A stretch of 32,000 bases of DNA from Moraxella nasovis (GCF_022701215.1 NZ_CP089976.1:1110001-1142000); one strand, 5' to 3'. Shown: positions 15,991 to 26,562, numbered from the stretch's first letter. Numbers and translations: made by a program. Notes: a model not told the origin generated them from the sequence alone.

Positions 15991-17284
15991 AGGATAGTTT
16001 TTTAATGAGAACTTTAGAATTTCGTCCATTATGATAGCTCATCTGTCGGCTTTTTGGCAGAGCAAAAACGTCAGTTTCGCTAAAGCCATGCTCAATAAAC
16101 CAGTGCGTGGTGTGCGTGGTTAGAGCAAATAGCGTGTGCAGCCCCATGCAGATCGCCTTTTGTTCTGCAAAACGCAGCAAATCTGCCCCACGAGTGCCCC
16201 CACGATAATCAGGATGAATGGCAAGACTTGCAAGCTCAGCACTACATTCATCTAGCGGGTATAGTGCCACACAGCCAACAATCGTGCCGTCACGTTCGAT
16301 AACACTATAATGATTGATGTCTTCTTCAAGATATTCTTTACTGCGTTTGATGAGAATGCCTTGCTCTTCAAGTGGCTGCATCAGCATAAGTAGACCGATG
16401 ACATCATTAAGATTAGCAGTGCGGATATGGTCATAAGCAGACTTGGTAACCATCACGCCCACCCCATCTCGAGTGAATAATTCTTCGATTAATGCTCCAT
16501 CTTTAGCGAAAGGTAAAATATGCGTCCGTGCGATATGTAAACTTGCGTCAATGGCACAGCCAAGCAGTTGTGCCATGGATTTACTGATGGGTGTTTTAAG
16601 TAGTTTATCTGCAGTTTTTGCGGTCAGCTCACGCACAAGCTTCCCATCTTGGTAGAGTGTTTCGTTGCTAAATAAAATAAGCTTATCAGCACCAAGTGCA
16701 ATCGCACTACTGACAGCAATGTCTTGGGGAGATAAGCTAAATATTTCTCCAGTCGCAGAAAAACCGATAGGACCTAGTGCGACGATATGACCTTGTTGTA
16801 GATTATGATGAATGGCAGCGGTGTCTATACGCCGAAGCTGTCCTGTCATCTGATGGTCAATGCCATCTTTAATACCAAAAGGGCGTGCGGTGATGAAGTT
16901 GCCACTCACTACAGCAATACGAGAACCGTACATGGGTGAGTTGGCAAGCCCTGTGGATAGCTGTGCTTCTAACTGCAAGCGAACCGCCCCAACGGTCGCT
17001 AAGATGGTGGGTATGACAGATTTTGGTGTGATGGGTGTTTTTGTGCTTATAGCAGGGGTATTATACTTGCTTAAAATATCAGCGATTTGGTGGCTTGAGC
17101 CATAGACCAGCACTAAGCGAATGCCAAGACTGTGCAGTAAAGCGATATCATGAACCAATCTGACAAAGTCATCGCCAAGCCCGCCATCATCATCAAACAT
17201 GATGACAAAAATCTTACCACGATGGGTATTAATATAAGGAGCAGAATGGCGAAACCAGTGGATGGGGTTGGTAGATTTGGTCAT
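15989..17284 (-). CDS. argA: Amino-acid N-acetyltransferase (N-acetylglutamate synthase)
   Basis: FRHSAPYINTHRGKIFVIMF, LHSLGIRLVLVYG and the C-terminal GNAT domain (LAIHPDYRGGTRGADLL, HWFIEHGF) are collinear with E. coli ArgA. Confidence 0.93.
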   Translation of the reverse strand: MTKSTNPIHWFRHSAPYINTHRGKIFVIMFDDDGGLGDDFVRLVHDIALLHSLGIRLVLVYGSSHQIADILSKYNTPAISTKTPITPKSVIPTILATVGAVRLQLEAQLSTGLANSPMYGSRIAVVSGNFITARPFGIKDGIDHQMTGQLRRIDTAAIHHNLQQGHIVALGPIGFSATGEIFSLSPQDIAVSSAIALGADKLILFSNETLYQDGKLVRELTAKTADKLLKTPISKSMAQLLGCAIDASLHIARTHILPFAKDGALIEELFTRDGVGVMVTKSAYDHIRTANLNDVIGLLMLMQPLEEQGILIKRSKEYLEEDINHYSVIERDGTIVGCVALYPLDECSAELASLAIHPDYRGGTRGADLLRFAEQKAICMGLHTLFALTTHTTHWFIEHGFSETDVFALPKSRQMSYHNGRNSKVLIKKLS

Positions 17285-17300
17285 GGCAGGCTTAGTGTCG

Positions 17301-18224
17301 TTATGGGTTTGGTTGTTGGGACTTTGTTTTGGCGTGCGTGATGGCAGATTTTATGGCATTTATTTGGCTTTTGGTTGCGATAAAGCCCGCTTGTATGATG
17401 TCTTGGCGATCTTTTGCCCCTACAACTGAAAAGGTGGTTAAAGCTGGTGTGATCACGACGTCGCTTGCTTTGATGTCATCAGGATTTGCCAAAATGCGTT
17501 TTTCAATGTGCTTTAGCTTGTCTGTTAGTGCGGTGTTGATGGGTAGCATAGATAGCAAGCTGGACGCTTGTTGTATTGTGCTATTAGGAATAATGGTCGA
17601 CTCTTGGCTCATAAGATCAACAGCGATTACCACATCAGCACCGAACTGTCTGGCAATTCTAGAAGGTACGACAGCACTGCTAGCACCATCAATATAGCGT
17701 ACGCCATCAATGATGGGTGCGATAAAAACCTTTGGAACACTAGCAGAAGCTTGTACGGCTTGCCCCGTATCACCACGGCTAAAGGCGACAGCTTGCCCTG
17801 TGTTTGCTTGGGTTGCCACCGCGATAAAGCGAATGGGGAGTTTTTCAATGGGTGTGCGATCAGTCTGGGTGTTAATGAAGTTGCGTAAAGCTATGCCTTG
17901 TATCACGCCAGATTTGCGAGCGGTAAAGTCCAACAAATCAGCCGATGAGACTAAGTTTGCCAGCTGATTTAATTCATTGGCAGACTTGCCAGAAGCGTAT
18001 AACGAGCCGACAATCGCCCCTGCGCTTGTCCCAACGACTAAGTCAGGCTTGATATTTTCCTGTTCTAGGGCTTGTAAGACGCCCACATGAGCAAAGCCAA
18101 GCGTACCGCCCCCACCAAGCACTAAGGCGACCGTAGGCGATGATGGTTTGGCACTACTTTGTGGCAGGCTTGAGCAGGCGGTGAGTAACAACAGCGTACT
18201 GATGATAATTAGGATAAATTTCAT
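17301..18224 (-). CDS. Patatin-like phospholipase, lipoprotein (RssA/YchK-like)
   Basis: The lipobox is LLLTAC. The oxyanion motif GGGGTLG and the nucleophile elbow GTSAG are present, and a catalytic Asp lies in a DGA context (YIDGAS). Confidence 0.88.
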   Translation of the reverse strand: MKFILIIISTLLLLTACSSLPQSSAKPSSPTVALVLGGGGTLGFAHVGVLQALEQENIKPDLVVGTSAGAIVGSLYASGKSANELNQLANLVSSADLLDFTARKSGVIQGIALRNFINTQTDRTPIEKLPIRFIAVATQANTGQAVAFSRGDTGQAVQASASVPKVFIAPIIDGVRYIDGASSAVVPSRIARQFGADVVIAVDLMSQESTIIPNSTIQQASSLLSMLPINTALTDKLKHIEKRILANPDDIKASDVVITPALTTFSVVGAKDRQDIIQAGFIATKSQINAIKSAITHAKTKSQQPNP

Positions 18225-18335
18225 AGCAAAACTTTTAAAAAGGTTAAAATGATTGTAAAATCGGCGATAAGCTAAATTTTGGGCTAATTCGCCAATAAAA
18301 GCAAGCAGTTTATCTTAAATATTATCCGCCAAAAG

Positions 18336-20459
18336 ATGAAAACCCCACCCATGAATACATCAGATACACGCCGACTCGCCATTCATTTGCCGATTACCGC
18401 CTTGGCAGGCGTGGGCGATGCCTTGGCGCAAAAGTTGCATGAGCTTGGCATTTATCGAATCTTTGATTTACTCATGCATTTGCCACGAGATTATGAAGAT
18501 CGCAGTCGTCGGGTGAATATTAAGGACGTGCAGCATGGCATGAGTGCGATGGTAGCAGGCGTGATTACTAAGATTACGCCCAGTCGCACTGGGCTAAGTG
18601 TCATCTTAGAAGATGAGTCAGGAGTAATTGAGCTTAGGTTTTTTAGGGTGTATGCTTCTTTAAAGAACACCATGCAGATTGGTGAGAAGATTACAGCTTT
18701 TGGCGAGGTGAAGATTAGTCGCTTTGGGGTGCAGATGGCTCACCCTGAATACTACATTACAGGTAAAAAGCAGTTTGATGATGGGCTTGTGCCGATTTAT
18801 CCTGCGGTAAAAGGCTTACACCAAAACAAAATCCGCCAACTGATTCGCTTGGCAATGCAAGCGGTATCGTCTGAGGGTGTGTATTGTCTTAGTACCAAAG
18901 AACTTCGCTTGGCTGGGTTTGGTGATATGACAGAAGATGTATTTTGTGCCCTAAAACAGATTCATTTACCAGATGAGCGAGCAGATATTTTTGCTCAGAC
19001 TTTATTATTACAAGGGCTAAAAAACCGCACCCACCCAGCGTGTCGCAGACTCATCATTGAAGAGTTGACGGCTCATCAGCTAAGTTTTTTATACCGCCGT
19101 AAAAATCTTTATCAGCATAAAGCTCCACGCTGTGTCCTTAAAAGCCCGCTTGCTGATCAGCTGGTGCAGTCTTTACCCTTTGGCTTGACTAATGCCCAAG
19201 CCCGAGTTATCAGCGAGTCGGTCCGTGATATGATAACGTCTCGCCCCATGCTAAGACTAATCCAAGGGGATGTGGGAGCAGGTAAGACGCTTGTAGCAGC
19301 ATTGACTGCTTGTCATGCCTTAGATGCTGGATGGCAAGTTGCTTTGATGGCACCGACTGAGATTTTAGCAGAGCAGCATTTTATTAATTTTCAAAAATGG
19401 TTTACAGCACTTGGCATACAAGTGGGATTTTTGGCAGGTAAGCAATCTGCCAAGGAGCGGACGGCTATGACGACTGCTATTGCCAATAACGATGTACAGG
19501 TCGTGGTAGGCACGCACGCTTTATTTCAAGATGGCGTGGTATTTGCCAAACTTGGCTTGGTGATTATTGATGAGCAGCATCGCTTTGGTGTGGAGCAAAG
19601 GCTTCGCTTGACAGATAAAGGCGCGACAAATAGTACGCCCCATCAGCTGGCGATGACAGCGACGCCTATTCCACGCACGCTTGCTATGAGTATGTATGGC
19701 GATATGGATGTATCTGTGATTGATGAGCTGCCGCCAAATCGCACACCTGTGACGACCATCACCATCAACCGAGATCGGCGTGATGAAGTGATTGAGCGGA
19801 TTTTTGTAAATTGTAAAGAAGGTAAACAAGCCTACTGGGTCTGCCCATTGGTTGAAGAGTCAAGTACATTAGACGCACAGTCTGCCGAGCTTTTATATGA
19901 AGATCTGTGCGATAGGCTAGATATTCGTATTGGGCTTGTGCATGGCAAGATGAAGCCTGCCGATAAACAAGGCATCATGGCAGAATTTAAGGCGGGAAAT
20001 ATTGATTTATTGGTGGCGACCACTGTGATAGAAGTGGGAGTAGATGTGCCAAATGCGTCCTTAATGGTTATTGAAAACGCCGAAAGGCTTGGGTTGTCTC
20101 AGTTACATCAGCTGCGTGGGCGTGTCGGTCGTGGTTCTGCCAAGTCGTTTTGTGTGCTATTGTATCAGATGCCGTTATCGCCTACAGGCATTGAAAGACT
20201 AAACGTCCTAAAAGACAGCACAGATGGCTTTGTTATCGCCCAAAAAGACTTGCAAATCCGCGGGGCAGGCGAGCTACTAGGTAAGCGTCAAACAGGTGAT
20301 ATGGGTTATTATCTGGCTGATATTATCCGAGATGAACAGCTGCTGGCTGCAGCTCAGACCATCGCCCATCATTTACTTGAGACGCCTGATAAGCAAGGCT
20401 TGGCTCAGCAGATTGTTGATACTTGGCTACCCACCGCAAAAGCTTATGTGAACGCTTAA
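18336..20459 (+). CDS. recG: ATP-dependent DNA helicase RecG
   Basis: The 707-aa product has a wedge domain followed by SF2 helicase motifs: GDVGAGKT, DEQHRFG, MTATPIPRT, QLHQLRGRVGRG. Confidence 0.95.
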   Translation: MKTPPMNTSDTRRLAIHLPITALAGVGDALAQKLHELGIYRIFDLLMHLPRDYEDRSRRVNIKDVQHGMSAMVAGVITKITPSRTGLSVILEDESGVIELRFFRVYASLKNTMQIGEKITAFGEVKISRFGVQMAHPEYYITGKKQFDDGLVPIYPAVKGLHQNKIRQLIRLAMQAVSSEGVYCLSTKELRLAGFGDMTEDVFCALKQIHLPDERADIFAQTLLLQGLKNRTHPACRRLIIEELTAHQLSFLYRRKNLYQHKAPRCVLKSPLADQLVQSLPFGLTNAQARVISESVRDMITSRPMLRLIQGDVGAGKTLVAALTACHALDAGWQVALMAPTEILAEQHFINFQKWFTALGIQVGFLAGKQSAKERTAMTTAIANNDVQVVVGTHALFQDGVVFAKLGLVIIDEQHRFGVEQRLRLTDKGATNSTPHQLAMTATPIPRTLAMSMYGDMDVSVIDELPPNRTPVTTITINRDRRDEVIERIFVNCKEGKQAYWVCPLVEESSTLDAQSAELLYEDLCDRLDIRIGLVHGKMKPADKQGIMAEFKAGNIDLLVATTVIEVGVDVPNASLMVIENAERLGLSQLHQLRGRVGRGSAKSFCVLLYQMPLSPTGIERLNVLKDSTDGFVIAQKDLQIRGAGELLGKRQTGDMGYYLADIIRDEQLLAAAQTIAHHLLETPDKQGLAQQIVDTWLPTAKAYVNA

Positions 20460-20461
20460 TA

Positions 20462-21121
20462 TTAAGCTTGCTTAAAGCTGTCGGCGATTTGTAAATACTT
20501 GTGGTGTAATACGCTTAATTGGTCGTACAGATGATTAAGCGTGCCGTCATTATTTACGATATCATCAGCCGCTCTTAGCCTTTCTTGTGGCGTGGCTTGT
20601 CGGCTGATGATTGATTTGATGTTGTCAATCGTTTGCCCATCACGCTTGCTTGCTCGTTTTATTTGGTTATGCTCGCTTGCTTTTACAACTAAGATACGCT
20701 GGCACAGCTTGGCAAGACTATCAGGCTTGTGCATACTTTCAATCAAAAGTGGTACAGCTAAGATGCGATAAGCTGACGTTGTGTTATTAAGCTGTTCGAT
20801 GATTTTTTGGCGAATGGCAGGGTGGGTGATGGCATTTAGCTTAACGATGGCATCAGCATGGCTAAAGACATACTCACGCATAGCTGTGCGATTATATTCG
20901 CCTGTATCTGTTAGCACCCAATCACCAAAGGCACAACAAAGCTTATCAAGCACAGGACTGCCCTTGGCGGTGATGGTGCGAGCAACGACATCTGCATCAA
21001 TCACATCAATACCTTGCTGATTAAACCAATCAGTGACGGCGGTTTTACCACTACCAATGCCACCTGTAACACCTAGAGTGAATGTGTGTGTACCCTTGTG
21101 CTTTTGTTGTGTGATTGTCAT
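20462..21121 (-). CDS. coaE: Dephospho-CoA kinase
   Basis: The P-loop is GVTGGIGSGKT, followed by IDADVVAR. The gene sits downstream of pilD, as in other gammaproteobacteria. Confidence 0.9.
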   Translation of the reverse strand: MTITQQKHKGTHTFTLGVTGGIGSGKTAVTDWFNQQGIDVIDADVVARTITAKGSPVLDKLCCAFGDWVLTDTGEYNRTAMREYVFSHADAIVKLNAITHPAIRQKIIEQLNNTTSAYRILAVPLLIESMHKPDSLAKLCQRILVVKASEHNQIKRASKRDGQTIDNIKSIISRQATPQERLRAADDIVNNDGTLNHLYDQLSVLHHKYLQIADSFKQA

Positions 21122-21184
21122 GATTGGTTATTTCCCTAAAAAGTCGTTAGTTGATGGGCTGATATAAGGCATGTAAGGGTGTAT

Positions 21185-22084
21185 TTAGCCTAAATACCAC
21201 GCTAAAATCTGCTCGCCCCACAGCATACCAATGCCACCACCCATCGCCAAATATGGACCAAAGGCAAATTGGGTGGATTTGCCAAGTTTTTGGTAGTTAA
21301 TCAGCCCTGCAAGCAGCCCAAAGACACAAGCGATAAAGATTACCAATGGCAGCTGACCTACCCCAAGCCAGCCCCCGATTGCCGCTAAGAGCTTGGCGTC
21401 GCCTAGCCCCATACCATCGATGCGTTTTATCAGTTTATAACAGGCGTTTATTGCCCAAAGCACCCCAAAGCCCATCAGCACACCCCACACAGATGATGAT
21501 GTGGGGGTGAAAATTTCTAAGGTGCCGACCGCTAAGCCTATCATTGCAAGTGGCAAGGTCAGTCTGTCAGGCAGCAGTTTGGTTTGCCAATCAATGCTTG
21601 CTAAGACCACCAAAAACCAAATAAAAATCAGTGATAATAAGCCTTGTGGCGTCATACCAAGCTGCCAAATGGCAAGAATTGACAGTATGGCGGTGGCCAT
21701 CTCGGTTATAAGATGATGAGGGTAGATACGAGCGTGGCAATGCCGACAACGACCCTTTAGCCATAAAAAGCTAATGACAGGCACCATGTCATACCAAACA
21801 AGTGCTTGATGGCAGCTGTCGCAATGCGAACGTGGATAAGACAAGCTTAGGCTTGATGAATCTGTCAGTAACCTGATGGCGCGCTTAGGCTCATCTAGCA
21901 CATTGGGCTGTTCGTTTATAAAAGCTATGACGTCTGATTGCCATTGTCTGTGCATGATGATGGGTAAGCGGTAAGCGACAAGTGCCAAAAAGCTTCCAAT
22001 AACCAAGCCTAGCATACCTACCAGTACGTATAATAAGATAGGATGGGCATGCAGCACATTAAAAATACTGGCTAAATACATCAC
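21185..22084 (-). CDS. pilD: Prepilin peptidase / N-methyltransferase (A24 family)
   Basis: The Cys-rich region is CDSCHQ...CRHCH. The catalytic context GLGDAKLLAAIGGWLG is present in a polytopic protein. The likely start is the ATG at 22081, which overlaps the pilC stop (TGATG). Confidence 0.9.
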   Translation of the reverse strand: MMYLASIFNVLHAHPILLYVLVGMLGLVIGSFLALVAYRLPIIMHRQWQSDVIAFINEQPNVLDEPKRAIRLLTDSSSLSLSYPRSHCDSCHQALVWYDMVPVISFLWLKGRCRHCHARIYPHHLITEMATAILSILAIWQLGMTPQGLLSLIFIWFLVVLASIDWQTKLLPDRLTLPLAMIGLAVGTLEIFTPTSSSVWGVLMGFGVLWAINACYKLIKRIDGMGLGDAKLLAAIGGWLGVGQLPLVIFIACVFGLLAGLINYQKLGKSTQFAFGPYLAMGGGIGMLWGEQILAWYLG

Positions 22085-23310
22085 ATTTGTTGTCCCATCT
22101 CAAAAACTGGCAAATACATGGATAAGACAAGCCCGCCCACGACAAGCCCGAGCGTGATGATGGTGATAGGCTCAATAAGTGATACCAGTCGATCTAGTGT
22201 GTCATTGGTCATTTGCTCTTGGTAGTCTGCCGCCTTAGTGAGTAGTTCGCTAAGCCTGCCAGATTCTTCGCCTGTGCGGATCATCTGGAGTGTCATAGGT
22301 AAAAATAACGGCGTAGCGTGGCGACTGTTTGCCTCTTGGCAAGCTATATATAGCCTATCACCTGATGTGACGGCATGACTGATTTTGTCAATCTCACGGA
22401 TAAAGATGGTGTTATCTGTGCTATTTGCAGCGTCTTTAATGGCTTTAACAAGATTGACACCTGCCCCAAATTCACAAGCTAGCAGCCTGGTAAAGCGGGC
22501 GTTCATCACCAAAATACTTAGTGAGCCGATGATGGGGAGTTTTAAGATTAGCCGATCAAGCTTTGCTTGAAAAGCTGCCGAGCTTTTTTTAAGATATAAA
22601 AATCCAGTCGCTACCAAGCTTAAGACTATCACCATCAGCCAAAGATAAGACTGTAAGCTATCTGACACTGCCATAACCATCTTTGTGGGCGTAGGTAAAT
22701 CTGTACCCATAGATAAGAACATCTGGCTAAAAACTGGCACCACTTTAATCAGTAAAACCATCGTAACGATAATGGCAACCACAGCAACTGTGATGGGGTA
22801 TTGCAAGGATTTTTTTAATTTGGTTTGTAATTTATAAGTTTTTTCGCTGTGCTCATGATAGCGAGACAGCATCTCGTCTAATGTGCCAGACGCTTCGCCA
22901 GCTTGCACTAAGGCGATACTAAGACGATCAAAAATATTGCTGTGCTTGGATAGGGCAGCGGTCAAGCTTGTGCCTGATTGGACATCTGTCTTAATGCTGT
23001 TTAGGCGTGCTTTTAGGGTGGGATTTTGGGTGTTGTCTCTTGTGATTTCTAAGGCAAGCGTTAGGCTAATGCCAGCTTGAAGTAGCGTGGATAATTGCCC
23101 AAAAAACAGCATCAAATCCATCGTGCGAACAGGTCTAACCCAAGCAAAAGACAGGGATGTCTTTTTGTGCAAGGTGATTTTATGAAATCCTTGTTTTTGG
23201 AGCGTGCGACGTGCTTGCACGGTGTTTATGGCGATGATTTGACCTTGTGCGGGTAATCCACGCTGATCGATCGCTTTATAGGTAAAAGACTGCTCGGTGG
23301 TGTTTTTCAT
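22081..23310 (-). CDS. pilC: Type IV pilus assembly platform protein (GspF family)
   Basis: The 409-aa product has two GspF repeats and three TM segments, and lies between pilB and pilD. Confidence 0.9.
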   Translation of the reverse strand: MKNTTEQSFTYKAIDQRGLPAQGQIIAINTVQARRTLQKQGFHKITLHKKTSLSFAWVRPVRTMDLMLFFGQLSTLLQAGISLTLALEITRDNTQNPTLKARLNSIKTDVQSGTSLTAALSKHSNIFDRLSIALVQAGEASGTLDEMLSRYHEHSEKTYKLQTKLKKSLQYPITVAVVAIIVTMVLLIKVVPVFSQMFLSMGTDLPTPTKMVMAVSDSLQSYLWLMVIVLSLVATGFLYLKKSSAAFQAKLDRLILKLPIIGSLSILVMNARFTRLLACEFGAGVNLVKAIKDAANSTDNTIFIREIDKISHAVTSGDRLYIACQEANSRHATPLFLPMTLQMIRTGEESGRLSELLTKAADYQEQMTNDTLDRLVSLIEPITIITLGLVVGGLVLSMYLPVFEMGQQM

Positions 23311-23319
23311 AGAGAGACT

Positions 23320-24990
23320 CTAGGCTTTCATGGCGACGTGCTGCATGTCTTGTAGGCTAATAATGCCTTGGCAAGCCTTATCCATGGCAGATTGATAGAG
23401 TGTCATTATACCAAGTTTGGCAGCTTCGGTGACGATTTGTTCGACATTGGCGTCTTGCATGATGAGTGTGGCGATGGATTTGGTGATGGGCAGCATTTCA
23501 TAGATACCGATACGTCCATGATAACCATCATGGCATTTTTGGCAGCCAACAGGCTCAAATAAAGTCGCACGCTGAATGTCTGCGTCGCTAAAACCAAGCT
23601 CAGATAGGCTTTGGTGGGGAATGTTGATGGGTCGTTTGCAATGCTTGCACAGCTTTCTTGCCAGTCTTTGGGCGATGATTAGGCTAACTGAGCTTGCGAT
23701 GTTAAAGTTGGCAATGCCCATGTTTTTTAGGCGATAAATGGCGTCGCTTGCTGAGTTTGTGTGTAAGGTGGATAGTACCAGATGACCTGTCTGAGCAGAC
23801 TTAATGGCAATGTCAGCTGTCTGTATGTCTCGAATTTCTCCAACCATAATCACATCAGGATCTTGCCTTAAAAAGCTTCGTAAAACATCACTAAAATCCA
23901 AGCCGATTTTTGGATTGACATTAACCTGATTAATGCCTTCTAGATAAATCTCAACAGGGTCTTCAACGGTTAAAATATTAATCTTGTCAGAATTTAGCAA
24001 GCTTAATGCGGTGTATAAAGAGACAGTTTTGCCTGAGCCTGTCGGGCCTGTGATGAGTATCATGCCTTGGGGTCTGTTTAATGTATCTAAAAATAGCTGC
24101 TGTTGGTCGTGTGTCATGCCAAGCGATTTTACGCCAATTAAGGCTTGGGCAGCGTCAAGTAGCCTTAGGACGACTTTTTCACCAAATAATGCAGGCGTGG
24201 TGCTGATACGAAAATCAATCGCCCTGCCAGTTGTGAGCGTGAACTTTAGCCGGCCATCTTGGGGCTTACGACGTTCGGCGATATCAAGATGTGCCATGAC
24301 TTTTAGGCGTGCACAGATTTGGGTGCTAGCGTGCTTGGGCGGTGTGGCAAGCACTCTCATGACCCCATCGATTCGCACTCGTACCCGATAACTGTGCTCA
24401 AACGGCTCAAAATGAATGTCGGAAGCTCCCATATGTAGGGCGTCATGCAGCACTTGATGGACAAAGCGTACAGTCGGTGCGTCAGGTGTGCTTGTCGTTT
24501 GCTCAGTATTTTCTGTATCGGTTTGGGCACTTGGTAGGTCGCTAAGTTCATAACTGACACCAAGCAAAGTTTTATCAATGAGTTTTGATAACTTGTGTTC
24601 TTCAACAAGTACAGGCACGACAGGCATTTTTGCACAAAAACTTAGCTCTTGGAGCATATCTTGGCGTGTTGGGTTGCTTGTGGCAATACATAGCCGCCCA
24701 GATTGCACCGATAGTGCCAAAACGTGATTTTTGAGTAAGATTTTTGGGTCAATGATGTCGGTGATTAGTGTTTTGGTATCAATAGCATCAAGGTCCAAGA
24801 TAGGCTCGCCTAATGCCTTAGCAAGAGCATTTGCCAACTCGGTAGCGTCCACAAGGTGGTTTTTGACTACATACTGCACCAGATCCATTTTTTGTTCAAA
24901 GGTAGCTTTTAAGGCGTCAGCAGCACCTTGAGCCGTCAGTAGGTGATTGGCACACAGTAAATTAATCAGCGTGTGTTGGTTTGTACTCAT
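23320..24990 (-). CDS. pilB: Type IV pilus assembly ATPase (GspE family)
   Basis: Walker A is GPTGSGKT, the Asp box and Walker B are DPDVIMVGEIRD, the His box is LSTLHTN, and the tetracysteine motif is CKHC...CQKC. Confidence 0.92.
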   Translation of the reverse strand: MSTNQHTLINLLCANHLLTAQGAADALKATFEQKMDLVQYVVKNHLVDATELANALAKALGEPILDLDAIDTKTLITDIIDPKILLKNHVLALSVQSGRLCIATSNPTRQDMLQELSFCAKMPVVPVLVEEHKLSKLIDKTLLGVSYELSDLPSAQTDTENTEQTTSTPDAPTVRFVHQVLHDALHMGASDIHFEPFEHSYRVRVRIDGVMRVLATPPKHASTQICARLKVMAHLDIAERRKPQDGRLKFTLTTGRAIDFRISTTPALFGEKVVLRLLDAAQALIGVKSLGMTHDQQQLFLDTLNRPQGMILITGPTGSGKTVSLYTALSLLNSDKINILTVEDPVEIYLEGINQVNVNPKIGLDFSDVLRSFLRQDPDVIMVGEIRDIQTADIAIKSAQTGHLVLSTLHTNSASDAIYRLKNMGIANFNIASSVSLIIAQRLARKLCKHCKRPINIPHQSLSELGFSDADIQRATLFEPVGCQKCHDGYHGRIGIYEMLPITKSIATLIMQDANVEQIVTEAAKLGIMTLYQSAMDKACQGIISLQDMQHVAMKA

Positions 24991-25019
24991 GGCAAAAACT
25001 GGTTAAAAGATTAGGGTGA

Positions 25020-25048
25020 TTTATAACATTTTGTGCGTTTTGGGTCAA
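25020..25048 (-). promoter_or_regulatory. Candidate sigma70 promoter for pilB
   Basis: The minus strand reads -35 ttgacc (25048-25043), 17-nt spacer, -10 tataaa (25025-25020). It lies about 30 nt upstream of the pilB ATG. Confidence 0.4.
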
Positions 25049-25175
25049 TGTAGCAGTTAAAATAAGCACTTTCAACCACCAAGATCTGCCCAATCGGCAA
25101 ATTTTGGGTTATAATGTGCTGTTTAGTATTTGAATTATTGGCAGCGTTTGTGCTGATTGCCAAAAGAGAGTAAGT

Positions 25176-25943
25176 ATGAAATCTACAAAATACGTCATTG
25201 GTAACTGGAAATTAAATCCTGCCACACTTGCTGATGCTAAGGCTTTAAGTGATGAGTTGCAGTCGTCATTAAGTGCCAATCTGTCTTGTGTGCTTGGCAT
25301 TGCATCAGGGTTTTTGCACTTTAATACAGTTAGAGCAAGCCTAAATGATGTATTGGTGGGAGCTCAGGATATCACACATAAGACAGGTGATACAGGTGCT
25401 TTTACAGGCGATGTATCTGCAAAGCAACTTGCCGATATGGGGGCAGATTTTGTGCTGGTTGGGCATTCAGAACGCCGCCAATACCACGGTGAAACGAGCG
25501 ATATCTTGATCAAAAAAATCGCCCACGCCCTACAAAATAACCTATCTGTGGTGTTTTGTATTGGCGAAACCAAAGACGAATACAGCCGTCAGCAGACGCT
25601 TGATGTGCTAAGTCGGCAGCTGGATATTTTAGCGACATTTAGCGGCGAAGAACCCCCGCAAAATGCATTGCCAAAAATATTAATCGCTTATGAGCCAGTT
25701 TGGGCGATTGGCACAGGGCTTACCCCAACTTTAGATGAGATTGCATCTGTGCATGAGTTTATCGCCAATAAGCTTAGCAAGATGGGGCTAAAAGCACCGA
25801 TTTTATATGGTGGTAGTGCCAATGAGAATAACGCCAAAGAGCTTGCTTGTGTATCAGGTGTTGATGGCGTGCTTGTGGGCGGTGCTTCCTTAAAGGCGAC
25901 AAGCTTTTGCAAAATTGCCGAAGCGTTTTCGGCAGCGTGTTAA
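25176..25943 (+). CDS. tpiA: Triosephosphate isomerase
   Basis: The motifs IGNWKLN, VGHSERR and AYEPVWAIGTG are present in a 255-aa product. Confidence 0.95.
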   Translation: MKSTKYVIGNWKLNPATLADAKALSDELQSSLSANLSCVLGIASGFLHFNTVRASLNDVLVGAQDITHKTGDTGAFTGDVSAKQLADMGADFVLVGHSERRQYHGETSDILIKKIAHALQNNLSVVFCIGETKDEYSRQQTLDVLSRQLDILATFSGEEPPQNALPKILIAYEPVWAIGTGLTPTLDEIASVHEFIANKLSKMGLKAPILYGGSANENNAKELACVSGVDGVLVGGASLKATSFCKIAEAFSAAC

Positions 25944-25975
25944 CTGTTTACTAATAACCAACGAGAAAAATAATC

Positions 25976-26269
25976 ATGTTTACTTTTATTTTAGCCGTTC
26001 ACATTATTGTGGCGATTTCTATGACAGGCTTAATTTTAATTCAGCATGGCAAAGGAGCTGATGCAGGTGCTTCGTTTGGTGCAGGAGCAGCTGGCACGGT
26101 GTTTGGTGCGGCAGGCTCAGCGAATTTTTTAACCCGAGCGACAGCAGTGCTTGCAGCGGTGTTTTTTGTAACCAGCTTGATTTTAGGTTATCATGCCCAA
26201 CAAGAGGCAAAAGATCAGTTGCGTCTTATTGACACACCGACAACGCAGTCTGCTCCAGTGCATAAATAA
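25976..26269 (+). CDS. secG: Preprotein translocase subunit SecG
   Basis: The 97-aa product has two TM helices and a Gly-rich loop (HGKGADAGASFGAGAAGTVFGAAGS). It is followed by tRNA-Leu(GAG), as in the E. coli secG-leuU arrangement. Confidence 0.9.
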   Translation: MFTFILAVHIIVAISMTGLILIQHGKGADAGASFGAGAAGTVFGAAGSANFLTRATAVLAAVFFVTSLILGYHAQQEAKDQLRLIDTPTTQSAPVHK

Positions 26270-26331
26270 TACACGCCTGGCAAATTTTACTTGCTATTTG
26301 TAAAGAACATCGCTAAAATATCGCCTAATTT

Positions 26332-26416
26332 GCGATCGTGGTGGAATTGGTAGACACGCTATCTTGAGGGGGTAGTGCTTCACGGCGTGAGGGTTCAAGT
26401 CCCTCCGATCGCACCA
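26332..26416 (+). tRNA. leuU: tRNA-Leu (anticodon GAG), with long variable arm and encoded CCA
   Basis: The cloverleaf was folded by hand: acceptor gcgatcg/cgatcgc, anticodon stem ctatc/ggtag with loop ttGAGgg, T-loop ggttcaagtcc. It is closely similar to E. coli leuU. Confidence 0.9.
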
Positions 26417-26441
26417 AGTTTGATTAAAAAGTAAAAAATGC

Positions 26442-26469
26442 TTGACAATATCAAATTATCGTCTATAAT
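26442..26469 (+). promoter_or_regulatory. Sigma70 promoter for the tRNA-fMet/rimP-nusA-infB operon
   Basis: Consensus -35 ttgaca (26442-26447), 16-nt spacer, consensus -10 tataat (26464-26469). It lies 17 nt upstream of the tRNA 5' end. Confidence 0.6.
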
Positions 26470-26485
26470 AGGCAATCTAAATTGA

Positions 26486-26562
<77 letters not shown>

